A stretch of 64,000 bases of DNA from Alphaproteobacteria bacterium (GTDB lineage: Bacteria; Pseudomonadota; Alphaproteobacteria; UBA828), in the NCBI GenBank assembly GCA_965214705.1, contig OZ243972.1, positions 2,112,001 to 2,176,000 on the forward strand, written 5' to 3'. Both the position numbers and the translations under genes were made by a program. The notes under the pieces are model-generated. The model ran no database searches and was not told where the DNA came from. It worked only from the letters and a program-made list of their open reading frames with translations. Shown here piece after piece: positions 59,759 to 64,000 of the stretch. The stretch's first letter is position 1. Each line of letters opens with the position of its first letter.

Positions 59759-60571
59759 TCAGCCGAACAGCATCTGCGCCGCGGCCAGCAGTTTATCAGG
59801 ATGTTCCAGAGCCGGCGAATGACCGCACTCCGCGATCACGAAGGTGTCCGCCTTGTGGAGGTGGCGGGCGAGCACCCGCGTGTTCTCCTCGCAGGGGAAG
59901 GGCCGGTCGTCGCGGCCGTGGAGCATCATCACCCGGCAGGAGAGCGCGGAGAGCCGATCGGGCGGCAGCACCGCCTCGTCGATGTAGCGCTGCTTGTCGC
60001 CCGCAAACATGCTGCGGAAGTAGGGGCCGTATTCGCCGTCGTGGAGGATCGCCATGCGGGCGTCGAGGAAGGTGTCGGTGATGACCGAGGGGTCGTGGAC
60101 CAGGATCTCCGCCGCCTCGCGCAGCTCCTCGCGGGTCTCGGGGAAGCGCCAGCAGATCTCGGTCTCGCGGTTGGCGAGCGCGGGCGCGCCCATGGCGCCG
60201 GTGGTCATCACCTTGGTGACGCGCGGATTGTCCATGGCGAGCCCGAGCGCGAGACTGCCGGAGAGCGAATGGCCGATCACGCCGGCCTCGCCTGCGGGGA
60301 GCAGGTCAAGCACCGCCTGGGCCTGGCGCCGCCAGAGCGGCAGGTCGAAATAGGGCTCCTCGGCCTTGCGGCCGGAGGCGCCGAAGCCGATCAGGTCGGT
60401 GGCGACGATGCGGTAGCGCGCCGCCAGCGGCCCCAGCACCAGGCGCCAATTACCGATGGTGCCGGCGCCGGGGCCGGAGCCGTGCAGCATCAGGATGGGG
60501 AAGCCCTCGCCCCCTTCCCAGAGATGGACCCGGTGCCCTTCGACGGTGATGTCGCGCTCGGCCAGTGCCAT
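59759..60571 (-). CDS. Alpha/beta-fold hydrolase (meta-cleavage hydrolase-like)
   Basis: HGSGPG, GHSLSG, HGRDD, CGH. Confidence 0.9.
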   Translation of the reverse strand: MALAERDITVEGHRVHLWEGGEGFPILMLHGSGPGAGTIGNWRLVLGPLAARYRIVATDLIGFGASGRKAEEPYFDLPLWRRQAQAVLDLLPAGEAGVIGHSLSGSLALGLAMDNPRVTKVMTTGAMGAPALANRETEICWRFPETREELREAAEILVHDPSVITDTFLDARMAILHDGEYGPYFRSMFAGDKQRYIDEAVLPPDRLSALSCRVMMLHGRDDRPFPCEENTRVLARHLHKADTFVIAECGHSPALEHPDKLLAAAQMLFG

Positions 60572-60613
60572 GTCGTCTCCTCAGTGCTGCGTGGGGGGCT
60601 CGCCGCGCGCGGG

Positions 60614-63043
60614 CTAGGCGCGCAGCCGCTCGTTGGAAGGGTCCACCGGCGAGTTGGGCACGATCCGCGCCGGGCGCCGTTCCCCCAGGATCTCGACCGC
60701 GAGTCGGCGGCCGCGCACCGCGTGATCGCGAGCGACGTAGCCGAGGGCAAGGCTCAGGCCAACCGTGTGGCCGTAAGCGCCGGAGGTGGCGCGGCCGATC
60801 ATGGTCTCCCCGTCGTAGATCGGCTCGTTGCCCCAGGGGTCGGCGTCGTCGGCCTCGATCTCAAGGGTCACGAAGTCCTGCGGCACGCCCGCCTCGCGCT
60901 GGGCCACAAGCGCGTCGCGGCCTGTGAAGTCGCCCTTGCCGAGGGCGATGAAGCGGTCCAGGCCGGCCTCGAAGGCGGAATACTCGATGGTCAGGTCCTG
61001 CCCCCACATGCGGTAGGATTTTTCGATCCTGAGCGAATCCATCGCCCGCATCCCGCACATGCCGAGGCCGTGCGGCTCGCCCGCCTCCACCAGCACGTCG
61101 AAGATGCGGTTCTGGTACTCGATCGGGTGGTGCAGCTCCCAGCCGAGCTCGCCTACGAAGTTGACCCGCATCGCGGTCGCTGGCGCGAGACCGATGGAGA
61201 TGGGCTGCGACGTGAGCCAGGGGAAGGCCTGGTTGGAGAGGTCGGCGTCGGTCACGGCTTGCAGGATGTCGCGCGAGCGCGGGCCCGCCAGCACGAGCAC
61301 GCCGTGGGCGGTGGTGATGTTCTCGATGCTCACGCCCTCGCCCGCCACGTGGCGCAGCAGGAAATCGTGGTCGTAGCGCTCGGCGGCGCCCGAGCTCACC
61401 AGGTAGAACGACTCAGCCCCCTCGCGCATCACCGTGAACTCGGAGCGCACGCCGCCGGTCACGGTGAGCGCATGGGCGAGCTTGAGGCGGCCCTTCGCCT
61501 GGGGCAGCCGGTTGGCGAGCACGCCGTCCAGCGCGGCTTCCGCCCCCGGCCCCGACACCCTGAACTTGGAGAAGCTGGTGATGTCGATCAGGCCCGCGCG
61601 CTCGCGCACCGCGCGGCACTCCGCGCCCACGGGCCCGAAATAGTTGGTGCGGCGGAAGCTCCAGTCGTCTTCGGCCTCCACACCCTCCGGCGCGAACCAG
61701 TTGGGCCGCTCCCAGCCGTAGCGCTGGCCCCAGACGGCGCCGTGCGCCGCGAGCCGCTCGTGACACGGACTGGTCTTGGCGGGGCGCGCCGCGGGTCGCT
61801 CCTCGTCCGGGTAGTGGATGATGAAGACGTGGGCGTAGGCCTCCTCGTTCTTGGCCCTGGTGTAGTGCTTGTTGGCGTAGGCGCCGAAGCGGCGGGGGTC
61901 GACCGCCAGCATGTCGATGGAGGGCTCGCCGTCCGCGATCCAGCCCGCGAGCTGCCAGCCGGCGCCGCCTGCGGCGGTGATGCCGAAGCTGAAGCCCTCC
62001 GCCAGCCAGAAGTTCGGCAGGCCGTAGGCCGGGCCGATGAGGGGGTTGCCGTCGGGCGTGTAGGGAATGGGGCCGTTGACGCAGTCCTTGATCCCGGCGC
62101 GGCCGAACATCGGCACCCGGTTGATCGCGGCCTCGATGTGGGGCTCTAGGCGGTCCACGTCCGGCGGCAGCAGCTCCTGCCCGAAGCCCTCGGGCACGCC
62201 GTCCACCGCCCAGGCCGGCGCGTCCTTCTCATAAGGGCCGAGGATGAGGCCCTGGCGTTCCTCCCGCATGTAGTAGGAGGCATCGCTCTCCCGCAGCACC
62301 GGCATCTCGGGGAGGTCCTGCGCCTTGCGCTCTTCCAGCTCCGGGATGGTGTCGGTCACGATGTACTGGTGCTCGACCGGGATCGTCGGCAGATCGAGGC
62401 CCACCATGGCGCCCACCTGCCGGGCCCAGGAGCCGGTGGCGGTCACCACCGTCTCGCAGGTGATATCGCCGCGCGTGGTCTTCACCAGCCACTCGCCGGC
62501 GCGGGTGCGCTCGATCCCCGTGACCTCGGTGTTACGGTTGATCTCCGCGCCCCGGTCGCGCGCGCCCTTGGCCAACGCTTGGGTCACGTCCACCGGCGCG
62601 ACATGGCCGTCGTGGGGGTGGAACAGCGCGCCTACCAGGCCTTCCAGGTTGCAGAGTGGCCAGAGGTCACCGATCTCGCTCGGGCCGATCAGCTCGAACG
62701 GGACGCCGATGGTGTTCGCGGTGCCGCAGTAGTTGCGGTACTCGTCCATCCGCTCATGGTTGGTGGCGAGCCTCAAGTTGCCGGTGCGATGGAAGCTCAC
62801 CGCCTGGCCGGTCTCCTCCTCAAGCTGCTGGTAGAGGTCGATCGAGTACTTGTGGAGCTGGCCGACGCTGTAGCTCATGTTGAAGAGCGGCAGCAGGCCG
62901 GCGGCGTGCCAAGTGGAGCCTGCGGTGAGCTCGGTCTTTTCGACCAGCACCACGTCGGACCAGCCGAGCTTCGCCAGATGGTAGAGCACGCTGCAGCCGA
63001 CGATGCCGCCGCCGATCACCACCACCCGCGCCTGATCCCTCAT
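60614..63043 (-). CDS. GcvT-family FAD-dependent oxidoreductase (dimethylglycine/sarcosine dehydrogenase-like)
   Basis: IGGGIVG, GSTWHAAG, TPDG, GWERPNWF, GELGWE. Confidence 0.92.
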   Translation of the reverse strand: MRDQARVVVIGGGIVGCSVLYHLAKLGWSDVVLVEKTELTAGSTWHAAGLLPLFNMSYSVGQLHKYSIDLYQQLEEETGQAVSFHRTGNLRLATNHERMDEYRNYCGTANTIGVPFELIGPSEIGDLWPLCNLEGLVGALFHPHDGHVAPVDVTQALAKGARDRGAEINRNTEVTGIERTRAGEWLVKTTRGDITCETVVTATGSWARQVGAMVGLDLPTIPVEHQYIVTDTIPELEERKAQDLPEMPVLRESDASYYMREERQGLILGPYEKDAPAWAVDGVPEGFGQELLPPDVDRLEPHIEAAINRVPMFGRAGIKDCVNGPIPYTPDGNPLIGPAYGLPNFWLAEGFSFGITAAGGAGWQLAGWIADGEPSIDMLAVDPRRFGAYANKHYTRAKNEEAYAHVFIIHYPDEERPAARPAKTSPCHERLAAHGAVWGQRYGWERPNWFAPEGVEAEDDWSFRRTNYFGPVGAECRAVRERAGLIDITSFSKFRVSGPGAEAALDGVLANRLPQAKGRLKLAHALTVTGGVRSEFTVMREGAESFYLVSSGAAERYDHDFLLRHVAGEGVSIENITTAHGVLVLAGPRSRDILQAVTDADLSNQAFPWLTSQPISIGLAPATAMRVNFVGELGWELHHPIEYQNRIFDVLVEAGEPHGLGMCGMRAMDSLRIEKSYRMWGQDLTIEYSAFEAGLDRFIALGKGDFTGRDALVAQREAGVPQDFVTLEIEADDADPWGNEPIYDGETMIGRATSGAYGHTVGLSLALGYVARDHAVRGRRLAVEILGERRPARIVPNSPVDPSNERLRA

Positions 63044-63219
63044 GGTCCGGCCCCTCTTCGCGCCGTATGCCCGCCTCTTGGGCGCGCGAACCCTATCATG
63101 CAGATGCGGCTTTCGGCAGGGCGGCGTGCAAAGGCAACTCGCTGCGCCTATCCTTCGGCCCCCAGCGATGGCTGGGTGTTGCGGCGCCCGTGCCCGCGAC
63201 CGGAACGGAGAGACGCGCC

Positions 63220-63741
63220 ATGGCGATGACATCGGACAGCGGGCGGGGGATGACCGTCGAGGAGCGCGACGCGTTCCTGACCTCGGGCGCCATCTTCGCG
63301 AAGATCGCCACCACGATGGCCGACGGCTGGCCGGTGGTGAGCCCGGTCTGGTTCGACTGGCTGGCGCAGGACAACGCATTCCTCGTGATCAGCAAGACGC
63401 GCACCAGCATGGTGCAGAACCTGCACCGCGACCCGCGCTGCGGTCTTCTGGTCGACAATCCCGGCCTGCCCTACATGCGCGTAAGCGTGCTCGGCGAGGC
63501 GGAGTTCCTGTCGGAGGAGTTCGACTGGATCACGCCGGCCCGCAAGATGGCAGAGCGATATCTCGGCGCGCCGGGCGTGGCCTATGCGGAGACGACGTTC
63601 GGATTCCCCAGAGAGCCCTTTCTTGTCCACGTGCGAAAGATGACCACCTGGAACGGCGGCGGCTTCGACCGCACCTTCTTCAGGCCCACCACCTGGCATG
63701 ACGTGTCCGAACCGGGTTCGCCAAGGAGTTCTCAGACATGA
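63220..63741 (+). CDS. Pyridoxamine 5'-phosphate oxidase-family (PPOX/F420-type) protein
   Basis: ATT..DG.P...PVWF and NL.RDPR. Confidence 0.82.
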   Translation: MAMTSDSGRGMTVEERDAFLTSGAIFAKIATTMADGWPVVSPVWFDWLAQDNAFLVISKTRTSMVQNLHRDPRCGLLVDNPGLPYMRVSVLGEAEFLSEEFDWITPARKMAERYLGAPGVAYAETTFGFPREPFLVHVRKMTTWNGGGFDRTFFRPTTWHDVSEPGSPRSSQT

Positions 63742-64000
63742 CCGGCATGAACGATCGCGATTTCGTCGGCTATGGCCGCGAGCGCCCGCGCCCACCCTGG
63801 AGTGACCGGAGCCCCCTCGCGCTGAGCCTCGTCCTCAACTACGAGGAGGGTGCGGAACGGTCGATCCAGAACGGCGATGCCACCTCCGAGAGCTACATCC
63901 ACGAAATTTGCGGCATCGAGGCGCGCGAGGGCCGGCGGGACCACAACACCGAGAGCCTGTATGACTACGGCGCGCGTGCCGGTGTCTGGCGCATCTTGCG
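63738..64000 (+). CDS. PuuE-like allantoinase / polysaccharide deacetylase (partial)
   Basis: Own translation: MTGMNDRDFVGYG...VLNYEEGAE...ESLYDYGARAGVWRIL. Confidence 0.85.
   Translation, partial: MTGMNDRDFVGYGRERPRPPWSDRSPLALSLVLNYEEGAERSIQNGDATSESYIHEICGIEAREGRRDHNTESLYDYGARAGVWRIL

Noticed and set aside
57062-62149. 1695-aa plus-strand ORF
   Set aside because: Antisense shadow of well-supported minus-strand genes in GC-rich DNA

Overview
GC-rich bacterial DNA, probably alphaproteobacterial. Bases 1-40.3 kb are an accessory island with a P4-type integrase and AlpA, hit by a recent burst of nested insertions. These are four near-identical copies of a 2666-bp element (tyrosine recombinase + IS91-type HUH/Y2 transposase), three IS1595-family elements carrying passenger DNA, two IS1634, one IS1380, one IS110 and one IS5/IS1182-like IS. 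Removing the insertions at their exact junctions restores several in-frame genes. The most notable is a two-gene operon: a 384-aa metallo-beta-lactamase-fold protein ending in ...VGFG-RGRQ, followed by a single 1166-aa E2-E1(ThiF)-JAB-patatin fusion. It is a candidate ubiquitin-like anti-phage system with a built-in phospholipase effector. The 2666-bp element has an unusual end architecture (14-bp asymmetric inverted repeats, a 19-bp 3' hairpin, insertion before TT with no duplication). Joining its ends predicts a 33-bp bulged hairpin. Bases 41-64 kb are ordinary catabolic genes (sugar ABC transporter, SDRs, hydrolases, F420-type enzymes, GcvT-family oxidoreductase), with a duplicated DUF3486 repeat and a small lower-GC two-gene insert. 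No tRNA, rRNA or CRISPR array was recognised.
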